This document shows positions 31,731 through 42,261 of a stretch of DNA of 64,000 nucleotides, in pieces. Both the position numbers and the translations under genes were made by a program. Within the stretch, counting starts at the first letter, position 1; each line of letters starts with the position of its first letter. The stretch is from Trypanosoma brucei (taxonomy: Eukaryota): assembly GCA_000002445.1 (NCBI GenBank), contig CM000208.1, positions 3,392,001 through 3,456,000 of the forward strand, written 5' to 3'. The notes below the pieces were generated by a model, which worked only from the letters and a program-made list of their open reading frames with translations, ran no database searches and was not told where the DNA came from.

Positions 31731-34316
31731 TTACAAATCCACCATAACGCTCGCCTGCAGGTTACTCGACATCACGACTTGTGGTTCAGCCGCCTCAGAT
31801 GTAGTGCGCACCAACTGCACTGCCAAGTTCATAAATTTCGCCGTGCTCACCCCAGAAATACGCACTCTACCATTTACACTCCCGACTTCTTCACCATCGA
31901 GATCTCCACGATTTCCAGCATTGGAGGGACGAAGCGTGAAGACAACATAATATTTATGTTCGCCGCCGTCAGTTGGTCCCCCCAGCACAAGGCCCTTATC
32001 GGTTAGAGGAGACAAGGAGACAAGGCCATCTGCTATTGCATCCCCATTCTTTTGTTTCTCTTCCTCGGTGAAAAGATACAAGACAATCGGTCCCCGCTTC
32101 CCCTCTTGGAGTGGAACAAGGACACGGGCAGGTAATGCGGTGTGGGCAGCAAAGAGTACAGTCAGTACGGAGCTCGGCAGGTGAAAACATGAGTCGTTCG
32201 GTCCTTGTTGCTGCGACAGAGCAAGGCGTAATTCTTCCACGCCTGAGTGCAAAAGGAGGAAAACAGGCCGCTGCAATATCAGGAGTTCACCGGATGTGGA
32301 ATCAACCGCCTCTTTAGAAGAGTCAACAGCACCACGGGTGAGGGCATGCCATACACGATTCGCCTCTTCCGCACGCCTTTGCTTCCGCCAGCTAAGCGCT
32401 GGTGTCGCTCCCTTATGACCAACCCGGACATTTTTACTACCTTCTTTCTGGCCACCTAATCGCACCTCCCTCTTCTTTATGACCGCAAGGGCAATATGAT
32501 AACTATGCAAACAACCACCAACACAAGCGAGCTCTTCTGCCCCAATGCTCCCAGTGCCTTCCACCGTGTGTGGAACTCTTGCACTCCCGCTACCGGCACT
32601 GTCCCCATTACCCTCCACACACATAGTCGTGCATGCGCCAGCCTCCATAACGACAAGATCCCGTGAAAATTGAAGCCGATTGCTACTAGTCACAGAGGCA
32701 TATTGAACAAATAGCTGACGAAGTGACTGAGCTACGAACGGTATTTGAAGCATTCCACCGCACAGCACCACCACGTTAATTAACTCCTCCTTATCCTTAT
32801 CGCCCGGTGTTTCTTGTAAGTACTCCCGAAGTACCTTCTCAAACCCGTCAAGCACACCCCACTCACCACGTAAAGATGCGTTAACCCTCGTACGAGAAAA
32901 TGTGACATTATCTCGCAGGTCTACGCCCTCTGCAAGCGCCTCAATCTCTACCGGAACCTGAGCTGCCTTGCTGAGTGCAAGTTTCTTTTCTTCCACAGCC
33001 ATCAGCAACCGACGCTGTGCGCGCGCCGGAAAGTCAGCGAACGACTGGTAACCCAACACTCGACGTTGAGTCTGAATAAAGTTCTTCGCAAGACAGTCGC
33101 GTAAGGCCAAATCAACTGCAACACCACCACCGCAGATATTTGACGCTAAATAGTACGTTTTGCCGCGTGTGTTATGACCAGTGGGTGCTGTTTGGCTTGC
33201 ACGAAGAAAGCGTGAACGCATTTCACTAAGCAAACAACCTCCCTCGAGACGGTGTGCTGTCAGTGAAACACCGAGGGCACCCCAATCCACTACAAGTACA
33301 CGCGCTGACGGCCACGCCGGGGCCGGTTTCGTGGATTCCACCACAGTGGGCGGAAGCAGGAAATGGTGGCCAGCCATACGATGAGATTGATGGGGTCGGC
33401 ATGGCAGCGTGTCCATTCCTAGTAGAACCGCTTCATCTGCAAATATCACTGAAATATGAGCCGCGACCGATCCCAAATGGGATCTTCCAACTGCATTCCT
33501 CACCCACTGAAGTGAACTGCAACGCCTGAAGAACGGCGTGTCTTTTCCATCACTGTCTGTGCCGCCTTCTTCTGCAGAATCGCTGTTGGCACCCTTTGGA
33601 GAATCCGTCTCAACGTCCGGTGCCGCTGCTTCAGGGAATAGGTGTCGCGGGACCACAACGGTAAGCACAACTCTCGCTTCTTGATCGTCACTTTGCGTCG
33701 ATTTCTCTTGGTCTGAGTCGGCGGCGGTAGCGACAAGGCCACACGCACCATCGATTGTGTGCCGTTTAATATGATCGAAGAACATCACCATCATTTCATC
33801 CGCCGGTAAGAGAGTTTGCTCCTTCGCTGCGCTGCCATCATCGTCATCATCACCTTCATGTGGTGGCCGAAATCCAAACCGGAGTATATCACTCCCATCT
33901 TCACGTTGGAAGGGACAATGTCCTTTGTAGTGTAATTTAGCAGCAGCCTCAACGTCCCTCTGCAACAGATTCGTAAGCGGTTGATCTAACGGAATGTCAT
34001 CACTGCCGTCGTTGTTTTCATCGTTACGAAAAACTCCTGAACCCCGACGCTGGTACTCGTTGGCAACAGCTGCAAAAGCAAAGAGGTATGGCACAACGAC
34101 CTGCGGTGCCCGTGCGTACAGAGCGCGTGCATCTTCACCAAAAAGAACCTCGTTGTTTTCCGCAAATGCCGCCATCGTGGGGGTTACACGGTGACCAGAG
34201 GAATTTGCGATAACGCGGACGGGCACTGAGCTTTCGATTCCCGTTTGTGTAGCGCTGACAGTTGCTACAGCAACAATAGTGCTCGTGGAACCCAATGAAA
34301 TGCTTACCGCGTGCAT
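31731..34316 (-). CDS. Hsp70-superfamily (actin-like ATPase fold) protein, highly divergent, 861 aa
   Basis: The N-terminus 'VSISLGSTSTIVAVA...VIANSSGHRVTPTMAAF' matches the Hsp70 phosphate-1 region (G-I/V-D-L-G-T-T-x-S ... IANDQGNRTTPS). 'VLVVDWGALGVSLTAH' matches the connect-1/phosphate-2 'VLIFDLGGGTFDVS'. 'VVLCGGMLQIPFVAQSLRQLF' matches the adenosine motif 'IVLVGGSTRIP.VQ..L..FF'. There are long acidic and low-complexity insertions, and no canonical substrate-binding or EEVD tail was seen. Confidence 0.65.
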   Translation of the reverse strand: MHAVSISLGSTSTIVAVATVSATQTGIESSVPVRVIANSSGHRVTPTMAAFAENNEVLFGEDARALYARAPQVVVPYLFAFAAVANEYQRRGSGVFRNDENNDGSDDIPLDQPLTNLLQRDVEAAAKLHYKGHCPFQREDGSDILRFGFRPPHEGDDDDDGSAAKEQTLLPADEMMVMFFDHIKRHTIDGACGLVATAADSDQEKSTQSDDQEARVVLTVVVPRHLFPEAAAPDVETDSPKGANSDSAEEGGTDSDGKDTPFFRRCSSLQWVRNAVGRSHLGSVAAHISVIFADEAVLLGMDTLPCRPHQSHRMAGHHFLLPPTVVESTKPAPAWPSARVLVVDWGALGVSLTAHRLEGGCLLSEMRSRFLRASQTAPTGHNTRGKTYYLASNICGGGVAVDLALRDCLAKNFIQTQRRVLGYQSFADFPARAQRRLLMAVEEKKLALSKAAQVPVEIEALAEGVDLRDNVTFSRTRVNASLRGEWGVLDGFEKVLREYLQETPGDKDKEELINVVVLCGGMLQIPFVAQSLRQLFVQYASVTSSNRLQFSRDLVVMEAGACTTMCVEGNGDSAGSGSARVPHTVEGTGSIGAEELACVGGCLHSYHIALAVIKKREVRLGGQKEGSKNVRVGHKGATPALSWRKQRRAEEANRVWHALTRGAVDSSKEAVDSTSGELLILQRPVFLLLHSGVEELRLALSQQQGPNDSCFHLPSSVLTVLFAAHTALPARVLVPLQEGKRGPIVLYLFTEEEKQKNGDAIADGLVSLSPLTDKGLVLGGPTDGGEHKYYVVFTLRPSNAGNRGDLDGEEVGSVNGRVRISGVSTAKFMNLAVQLVRTTSEAAEPQVVMSSNLQASVMVDL

Positions 34317-36077
34317 GGTAAAAGGGATTATTTAAGACGGTGACGAAAAATAATGCCTCCCTCCTTCCCTTGGTGTTTCGCTTACTGTCAAGGGTGAACT
34401 TATGAAAATCCCCAAGCGCCGCCACGTATATATACGTCTTTATCGTCCCCCTTCCTTTTCTTTGTTTTTTTGTTCAGTCCAGCTCTGCCTAGCTCCGTAA
34501 TGTTACAGTCACCACACTTATTTGTTCCCTCTTTCAAAGCAATAAATAAAAGGAAAAGGGTACGTTCACATGGGTGCTCATGTGAAAAGATATATGGCAG
34601 GGCACATGCAATGAACCTTCTTCACGCGTTTACCCTCTCGTCTTCAAAAGAATAAGGGAGAAACCCTTATTCGCGGCAGTTGTGAGTGCAATGGCGAAAA
34701 GTTACACCGAAAATGAACAGCCGATTGTGTAAATTCGGTATAATCGCTTCCGGGTCCAGTAGGGTCTTGAGACCCATAAACAATGCTGCGCAAATGAGGC
34801 AGTCCTGCAAATAATTGAAGTAAGTGCCTAATTTCAAACACGGAACTGCAACAAAAAATTAGAACTACTCACCCATTAAGGGATCGCTTGGTACCATTCC
34901 TTGAAGCATATTCCCTGATAATGCATCGCGTGAACCGCAAGCGCAACACCACTGTTCAGCGGATACTTTGCATTACCAAAAAGTGTGTGATTGCTCCATC
35001 TCTCAGTAATGTAATATACTTACGTCATCAGAGTTGGGAAGCATCTGGATAAGAAGGAGAGCAAGTTCGTTAAAACAAATACTTGAAACAACTTAACAGT
35101 GTCAACAAGGGCAAAGTTTTAAAAATATCCTCGGCCCCCGACATGCTGCTCCGCTCCCTCTTGATCCACACCTTCTTTTTTTCCTCTCAGTTACTTTACT
35201 TCACTCTAAAATTCTAAACCTTCCAAAGACAAGGAGAGAGAGGAAAAAAAAAACTTCCTTTTTCGAGTAGAGGAAATAGAAAAGCGGTAGAAGATTTGAC
35301 GAAAAGAAACAAATAAACGTGGAGTATTTCCCTGTGCATAATAACTGCTAAAATAGCATAGAAGTAGGCGTAGGGAAGGGCGGGACGCGATTGAGAATAA
35401 AATGCGAGACTGACAAAAGTAAAAGACTCAATCCTTAGTTTCCTCCTTGTGAGGTGTGGACCGAAGACTTCTGCAAAAGAGATTTCTGCACACGCACATA
35501 ACAAAAAAAAAGGTGGGAGGGAGTAGTTTGGAAGTCACTAACGGGAAGGAGAGAATGAATGTATAGTGAGCCGTTCACACCAAAAAATAGGTAAATAAAC
35601 CGAAAACCCACAAATCGGAGACCGTCAACAACTAAAAGAAAAAGAAAAGAAAAAGCACATTCGCTCCTTTTCTTTGTGTGTGTATGGAGGGTTAGGGTCT
35701 GCCGTGTTTCAATTTTAAAAAATTCACACGTAGAAAACATACCTTTATTGATGCCAACAGACACATAAAGTCCCTCCCTCCACAACTCCCACGCATCATC
35801 ACTATCATCTATGTTTGAATTCAATCGCCACGAAAGAGGTAAAAAAAAAAACAAATGCGCGCAAGGGTTTGCCATGACAAGGCAAAAAAAAAAAACAGTG
35901 GTTCCCGCCGCTGTGGCGACAACAAGAACGGTGACGACAGAGAAAATATGTGTATACTTTAGCCCCCCCCACACACACACACTTTGGAAATCCAAGTCCA
36001 CTAAGCGCACACAAAAACGAAGGGGTGCGAGTACATTTATAAAAAAAAATAATTACCATTGCCGTCAGAAGAAGGTG

Positions 36078-37745
36078 TTAATGATCTTTCTTGTGCTTTT
36101 TATGACGGCCATGTTTGTGCTCCTTATCCCTCCTCTTTCCCGACTCATCCCTTTTTGACGATGAGCGCTTCCGCTTCTTTCGGTCCGCCCCATCATCATC
36201 ATCATCATCATCGTCGTCGTCGTCATCATCATCATCATCAAACGAGTCCTCCTCGTCGCTGCTTTCATCATCTTCACCATCGCCACTGTCATCGTCATCA
36301 TCGCCATCACTGTCCTCGAGTGCCGCACCAGTTCGCACCACTTCCACCTTGCTTTGCAAGTAAGTTAGCAGCGCCTCCTTCTCCGTGATAGGAAGTGAAG
36401 CAATAGTGACCTTGTCTGCACCACCCCTTGCACGCTTTCCCAAGTTACCGTAAACTGTCATCTGGAACGTTGTACTCCCGCGTTCCGACTCATCAACTTC
36501 AATACGTTGTATATCACCGTACGAAATACGTGTGGCAGGACGGTGAAGGAACAGCAGTGCAGATTGGAGCACATACAAAAGCCCCTCATTGCTTTGATAA
36601 AGGCAGCGCAACACAGAATTGCCGTTACGTGTCTGATAATCTTTGTTGTGGCCGCCAAGCGCCTTCACCCCTGCAATGGTCTTCAACACACGAATAAGTA
36701 ATTCACTCACACGACCCGTTATGGTAGGTGGGAAGGTGTCCCCCTTTGCCGCTTGCTGCTGCGTCGCGTCCTTCGCTGCACTTTGTTTGTGAGGTAGCGA
36801 AGAGAGGACGCGGTCGATTTCCTCTTGTGTCTTCAGCTCACAAGACCACGCATGCTGCTCATCAAGAACAAAACCAACGGGACAGGTGATAACGATGTGG
36901 TTATACGTTGTTGCGCGCACTTTTACGGGATTTCGAAGTATGACCACAACGTATTGTGGGAAATCGGTATCATCTTCCGCGTCTACACTCTTGTTCGAGG
37001 TGTTTCTGCTTGTTGGGATATCGCACAGGTACAGTTGGACAACATCTGTGAGTGGCACCATTGTAACAATGCCCCCATCACCTCCCGCACGCTTCCTTTC
37101 CTCCAACAGTAACGTATAGTTAGTTACTATAAGTTTGAAACGCCCAGATGGGAAGGAGAGAGTAAGATCATCAAAGACCGCTATAACACATTCGTCCTCA
37201 CGGCGGCCACCACCCATTGCCATCAGTGCTTGATCACCGGGTCCAGCACCCATTGCTCCATTCCCTCCTAAAACTCGTCTTTGGTGCTCCCGCAACCGTT
37301 CTTGTGCCTCGGCAAGCACTTCGCGACCCGCTTCCTCCGTCCGCTCGTGACCAACACAAACGTTTGGTATAGCGAAGCGAACAGACGTCAGCTCCAGGGA
37401 AACGTTGGCACCGGGTACGGCGGTCACCGATGCCTGTGGTTGCAACAAAATGGAAAGATCATTTTTTGTTGTAGCTGTCACACTTGATATAGCGGAAACG
37501 GGTATTTGAATGATTGGTTTTTGGGCGGCGTTGGCGGGCGCACCGCTGTTCTGCTGCTGCCTCTTTGGAAGTGAGAGAAGTTTCAGAACGGGTTGGAGAA
37601 CCGTTTTCTTACCTTCATCCTCTTCTTCCTTCAGTTGTTTCACATCGCTTTGCCCTTTATGCTGATCATCTATCCAACTGAGCTGACCCCAGTTTTCCAC
37701 TGGTGGTGCGGCCAAAGCCGCTGCAACTCCTGCCAAGCTCGACAT
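36078..37745 (-). CDS. POB3: FACT complex subunit POB3/SSRP1 homologue (acidic C-terminal tail)
   Basis: The segment 'LRCLYQSNEGLLYVLQSALLFLHRPATRISYGDIQRIEVDE...TFQMTVYGNLGKR...VTIASLPITEKEALLTYLQSK' parallels SSRP1/Pob3 '[61 protein letters not shown].LFDFV'. The C-terminus is an extreme D/E/S tract followed by a K/R/H-rich tail. The start is assigned to the internal Met 'MSSLAGVAAALA' because the upstream 15 codons are hydrophobic junk from the spacer. Confidence 0.65.
   Translation of the reverse strand: MSSLAGVAAALAAPPVENWGQLSWIDDQHKGQSDVKQLKEEEDEGKKTVLQPVLKLLSLPKRQQQNSGAPANAAQKPIIQIPVSAISSVTATTKNDLSILLQPQASVTAVPGANVSLELTSVRFAIPNVCVGHERTEEAGREVLAEAQERLREHQRRVLGGNGAMGAGPGDQALMAMGGGRREDECVIAVFDDLTLSFPSGRFKLIVTNYTLLLEERKRAGGDGGIVTMVPLTDVVQLYLCDIPTSRNTSNKSVDAEDDTDFPQYVVVILRNPVKVRATTYNHIVITCPVGFVLDEQHAWSCELKTQEEIDRVLSSLPHKQSAAKDATQQQAAKGDTFPPTITGRVSELLIRVLKTIAGVKALGGHNKDYQTRNGNSVLRCLYQSNEGLLYVLQSALLFLHRPATRISYGDIQRIEVDESERGSTTFQMTVYGNLGKRARGGADKVTIASLPITEKEALLTYLQSKVEVVRTGAALEDSDGDDDDDSGDGEDDESSDEEDSFDDDDDDDDDDDDDDDDGADRKKRKRSSSKRDESGKRRDKEHKHGRHKKHKKDH
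36180..36300 (-). repeat. Coding trinucleotide tract (GAY/GAR)n specifying the poly-Asp/Glu tail of the POB3-like protein
   Basis: The plus strand is 'catcatcatcatcatcatcatcgtcgtcgtcgtcatcatcatcatcatca...'. It translates on the minus strand to 'DDDDDDDDDDDDDDDDGADRKKRKR'. Confidence 0.85.
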
Positions 37746-38904
37746 GATAATGCACTTGCAGCTGATCACGTACACGACAAAAAACAACAAAACTGCTGTA
37801 GAAGTTCTGGTCCCGTTTCACCTCAGACTTTTCTTCCCTTCCCTTCCTACAGAAGAGGAAAAAAAAGCAAACACACGCACAAGAAACCTAACCCTACAGT
37901 AAATTTTATCTGCTTCTCCGCCTTCCTTATTGTTCCAATCTATCAATACGCAGTGAGTAAATGCCGTCACTTTTTTAACTACAAGAATTCGTCTTGAAAA
38001 CCTTTAGTTTAACCACGCCCTTCCTCACAAGCAGGTAGCAACACCGAAGACAAAAACGGAGGAGGGGAAACAAAAAAATTATCAACCAGGACGATATCAT
38101 ACGAAGAAACAACTATATTAATAATAATAAGGTGGGGGAAAAAAAAGCATCGGCAACAACCTAAAACCAACAACTTCAACAACGCTACCGTAACCAAGTC
38201 GCGGTAATGGCATACGGGAGCAAAGGACCCACATAGCCATCAGAAAGAAGAAAACCAAAAAAGAGACCCCACTTCCTGAGGAGCTCAAAAGTCGGTAGAG
38301 CAGCAAGACGATTCCGCCGAGGGAAGAAAAACGTAGGGGGGTGAAGGAGGCACAGTGTAGCAGCCACACAGCGTCCAACAACTTGAGTACAAATGAGGCG
38401 AAGCTAAAATTGAGTCCTCATTGTGGTGAACAAAAGGATACGTACTCACAAACACAATTTAAGGCGGAATCAACCGGATCATGGAACAAAAGACGCAAAA
38501 ATAAACCTTTAGTACAAGAATAAACAAACACACACGCACGGACGCATGCATACGAGACGAGAAGCACTACGATAAAGCAACAGCGAAGAACAGCAAGCTC
38601 CGGATCTCATATCGAGATAAATACTCCTCAGCATCGTCACCATCCGGATTATTTCTGGTCGCCAACAATATACACGCATGTATGTAATGCAGAGGCGCAC
38701 GACCCGTCACCTGCTACACACACACAAACGGCTTTTTTTTTACGAGAAAGGTTCAGAGATCCAGGAAATGAAAACCCTTCGTGGCGTGGCACAACGCCGC
38801 TAAATCATCCTACGTCTCGCCTTGTTCTTTTACCACTCTCACTTCTTTCCCCCACCTTGTCACCCTGGGTCTTGTGTCGCCTCAAGGTACATCACCCGGG
38901 AAAA

Positions 38905-41900
38905 TCAGTGGCTACAACGGAAAAAAGCAACAGTCGCCACAATGACAGCGGTCAGGACGAAAACGAGACGATACATTAAAGCACAGATGTTGTGCTTAAC
39001 CTCAAGCAATTCCTGCGAAGTCGTCATTGTGTTCAACAGCACCCATGAAACATCCTCCACTTCACCCAACGGTATATGCAACAACTCGCGAAACAGGTGG
39101 CGGATGACGGGATCTCTCCCCTTGATCCGCCGCAGCCACTCGTGCATGGGATGTGATAACCATTCTGTATGAAACCACAACGATGGCCAAAAGAACGAAA
39201 ACAGAGATGATCGCAACCAAAAGTGACAGCCAAAATCCTCCGACGTGCATTTCCGAAATGCGGCAGCTGACCATGGGTATGAGGAAGCAGGGACAAAGAG
39301 GTATTGGTCGTAGCGCCTACCCACATATACAAAAAGTTGCAGAAGCCGCCTCCGAATCTTTACCATATCGCGTTCCTCGGCAGACATTCCATCGTCCTGA
39401 CCGTCCGTGTTCTCGTCATTAATCACACCTTCTCGTTCCCACCATGAGTCAGTGCCGCCTCTTCCAGCGCTGGTCCACTTCTGCCTTGCATCTCTCTCAT
39501 GCCACTGATCTTTTTCAGGGTTGTGAGCACTAAAAAACAACTCTAACGCATTCTTCCAGCGCAACTGAACCTCTCGGGATATATACTCCGCATTACGGAG
39601 CCGAGCCCGACCATCGTCCGCTGCATCATCGAGTGGATGGCTTTCCCCAGTTTCTTCCTCGCGACCAAGAGCATCTCCTTTTGAACCATACTTCAAATCT
39701 TCACCGGGATTCTCCACCGACCCACTGCCCCTCTTTTGACAACCGACTGCTTTGATATTGGGAAGGAATGATGAGTGGATTCCCCGGGGAAACGACGCCA
39801 CCGCTTCCGCAGAACAAGCAAGTCCATCCTCTCCTTGAGTTTCCTTCCCTTTGCTGTTGTGTGAAGAATACACCGCCTCCCTGGGTGCCGACTCAACTGA
39901 ACGCGTGTCATGATCCTCTGTACGGTCGGTGTTTCTACGTCCGCTGGCACTATCTAGTGGTGAAGCAATAGGCTTCTCAAGAAAGCACCATTGACCGCGA
40001 AACAATGGCATATCATCCATGGCTTTCAGTGTCTCAGCCTCGAGTCGTTCATGGGTGTGATTGCTGTTTGTAATGTTTGTGTTTGTCCTGTTAAGTTGCC
40101 ACAATACGAGAGTTTGCCAATCCTCCTCGTGCCTGGACCAGTACCTAACCTCCTTGAGAATGTTTCTGAACATCAACCGCGGTGTGCTCGTGTCAACGCC
40201 GCTCAATAACTTGTTCTGCGTCGCGAGCAAAAACTCATTCAGTATTTTAGAAATACTCTTGTTTCCCGCCACAGACTGGGGCACCTCATACCCTTCGTTT
40301 TTTGACCCGTGGTTGGAAGGATCAGGCTGACCCTTCCACCCCTGCGAGTTATATCCATGACCCCACGAAGATAGTGGCTCCATCTCCAGCAATAGGGAGG
40401 CATGGCGACGAAGCGCGATAGTTTTCAAGAGACGGGGCCCTTGTTCTCCCGTTGCCTCCGATCCCACAGTGTCCCCCTGTCCCGCCGATGGTCGGGAAGA
40501 GGAAGAAGGAGATGGTGAGGCACCATTAGAGTCCAGTGAGGATGCGAAGGAAACCCCAGTACTTGCTTGCATTAAATTAAGGTATGCCTCGTACTGCGGC
40601 ATCATTACGACCCCCATGTACTGTAGTAGCACGCCGTCCAATAAGTCGGCGGATGCAACAAGGCTACGTGTGAGTCTGATGCATGTGCGACGTTCCTCCA
40701 ACTCCTCTTCATCAACATATTCAGTTACACTTTGCCCGTTGGGAAGCCGCTCCACATACCGAACGAATTTCCGTTTTTTATGATGGTGTGCTGCATTCCC
40801 GCCACCGCCCAAAATGCCAAAAAACCAGGGGGTCGCACGAGGCACATCGTAAGAATTTTGCTTCACTTTCCCGCCCCCAGTAATAATCCAATGAGCAAAG
40901 GATAAGATCTTTTGCACAAGCGATGCAGCACGGTACAAATCATGCTTCACACGAGCCAATGAAAACCTTCTCGTTTGCTGTTGTCGTTGCTGTTCAGTCT
41001 CCACTGTGCTCGTTTTCCCGTTTCCATTTTCAATGTCCTCTTCCTTTGCGCCTTCATCAACAGCAGCATTCAATTCACTTAAGGTCACACCCCCCATACC
41101 AGTTAGTGGGGATACATCGTTAGGAACCTCCCGTTGCAGGTGCCGCAACCGCAGGGCAGTAAGCTCATGTTGACGGTCAACAAAGCGGCGAGTGAGTTCC
41201 TTAACACCCTCTGCTAGATCACTCAACGTTACGTGCACCGGGGCCTCGGAAGTCTGTGACACGGTCCCTCCGTGTTTCTGCTGCTGCTGCCCTTTGCGCC
41301 ATCGTTGCAAGCTCTCCAGGTCACGAATAACCTTCTCCAATTTTCCCTCGGAAGGAGATTCCCACCGGCCTTCCATACTCGTCACTAATATGAATAGCAC
41401 CGGCACTATCACTAACAAAAAGCCAATAATCACCTGAAGACCTGAATCTGAAATATAGGCGCTATTCAACGGTAGAAGTCGGCGCAGGAAGGACACAGCC
41501 CGACATTTTTGCCTTTTCTCATGCTTAGGTTGTAGTTGCTGATTTTGTTGGCCATAACCCGGAGAATTGTGTTCCCTGTCAGGAGGTCGCGACTTTGTAA
41601 GTAGAAACAGCGGGTTACCAGTAGCGTTGGGGGCGAATAGGTTGCTCCGCCGGTCCTCTTCACCCTCACGAGCGGTATGAGCTCCTTGGCGGCTGCGAGA
41701 CACACCATGTACATAATCACCATCCTCCATGGGAGACCCTGGTGAAGCGGCCGCCGCATCACCGTTGGTTGCACGATCACATTGTACAAATGACGAAGTC
41801 CCGACTTGATGCCCATTGCGGGGGCCAGTCGCATTTGTTTTTGCATTTGACATTAGCGCACTGGTAGTATTTGCGTTTTTGTCGGCTCCTACCGGAGCCG

Positions 41901-42261
41901 AATCATCGTTGGCGTGGTCTGCGGTGCTTGCCGCGTTCCTAAATTTCTGTATTTCCCTCTCGACGACTACGATATCCTCAAAGCCGTAGAAGTACTGCTT
42001 GCCATCAATCTGCGGCTTCTGAGAGGGTTGCTGCTTATTCCGGGAGACTTTTATTTCGAGCATGGTAGTGGGCACCTCCTTGAGGTGCTTCGTCGTAACT
42101 TTGATGTGTTTTACATATTCCCAGGGGAAATCCACGTTTAATTGTTCACTATTGAATGCTAGGTTATGGAAACTAACGATGAGCCGACCATGATAACCCT
42201 GATAAGCGCACGTGAATTCCTCGCGCGATAATTGAGAGGGGCTCATAAGGATAGCCAACAA
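38905..42261 (-). CDS. Membrane protein with N-terminal GRAM-like domain, putative (1118 aa)
   Basis: The N-terminus 'EEFTCAYQGYHGRLIVSFHNLAFNSEQLNVDFPWEYVKHIKV' fits the GRAM pattern (F.C.l...G.LyiT.n.icF.S....i.iP...I..I.k). Hydrophobic segments include 'VIIGFLLVIVPVLFILVTSM' and the C-terminal 'LVFVLTAVIVATVAFF'. The remainder is low-complexity. Confidence 0.45.
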   Translation of the reverse strand: MLAILMSPSQLSREEFTCAYQGYHGRLIVSFHNLAFNSEQLNVDFPWEYVKHIKVTTKHLKEVPTTMLEIKVSRNKQQPSQKPQIDGKQYFYGFEDIVVVEREIQKFRNAASTADHANDDSAPVGADKNANTTSALMSNAKTNATGPRNGHQVGTSSFVQCDRATNGDAAAASPGSPMEDGDYVHGVSRSRQGAHTAREGEEDRRSNLFAPNATGNPLFLLTKSRPPDREHNSPGYGQQNQQLQPKHEKRQKCRAVSFLRRLLPLNSAYISDSGLQVIIGFLLVIVPVLFILVTSMEGRWESPSEGKLEKVIRDLESLQRWRKGQQQQKHGGTVSQTSEAPVHVTLSDLAEGVKELTRRFVDRQHELTALRLRHLQREVPNDVSPLTGMGGVTLSELNAAVDEGAKEEDIENGNGKTSTVETEQQRQQQTRRFSLARVKHDLYRAASLVQKILSFAHWIITGGGKVKQNSYDVPRATPWFFGILGGGGNAAHHHKKRKFVRYVERLPNGQSVTEYVDEEELEERRTCIRLTRSLVASADLLDGVLLQYMGVVMMPQYEAYLNLMQASTGVSFASSLDSNGASPSPSSSSRPSAGQGDTVGSEATGEQGPRLLKTIALRRHASLLLEMEPLSSWGHGYNSQGWKGQPDPSNHGSKNEGYEVPQSVAGNKSISKILNEFLLATQNKLLSGVDTSTPRLMFRNILKEVRYWSRHEEDWQTLVLWQLNRTNTNITNSNHTHERLEAETLKAMDDMPLFRGQWCFLEKPIASPLDSASGRRNTDRTEDHDTRSVESAPREAVYSSHNSKGKETQGEDGLACSAEAVASFPRGIHSSFLPNIKAVGCQKRGSGSVENPGEDLKYGSKGDALGREEETGESHPLDDAADDGRARLRNAEYISREVQLRWKNALELFFSAHNPEKDQWHERDARQKWTSAGRGGTDSWWEREGVINDENTDGQDDGMSAEERDMVKIRRRLLQLFVYVGRRYDQYLFVPASSYPWSAAAFRKCTSEDFGCHFWLRSSLFSFFWPSLWFHTEWLSHPMHEWLRRIKGRDPVIRHLFRELLHIPLGEVEDVSWVLLNTMTTSQELLEVKHNICALMYRLVFVLTAVIVATVAFFRCSH

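Noticed and set aside
35435-36010. 191-aa minus-strand ORF in the spacer between the Hsp70-like and POB3-like genes
   Set aside because: It runs through (CA)n, poly-C and poly-A tracts. The translation is hydrophobic and low-complexity with no motif. Its composition is spacer-like rather than coding-like.
36059-36388. Plus-strand ORF encoding poly-His/Arg (HHHHHHHRRRRHHHHH) and overlapping poly-Ser ORF
   Set aside because: They are antisense readings of the (GAT)n tract that encodes the poly-Asp tail of the POB3-like protein. They are repeat artefacts.
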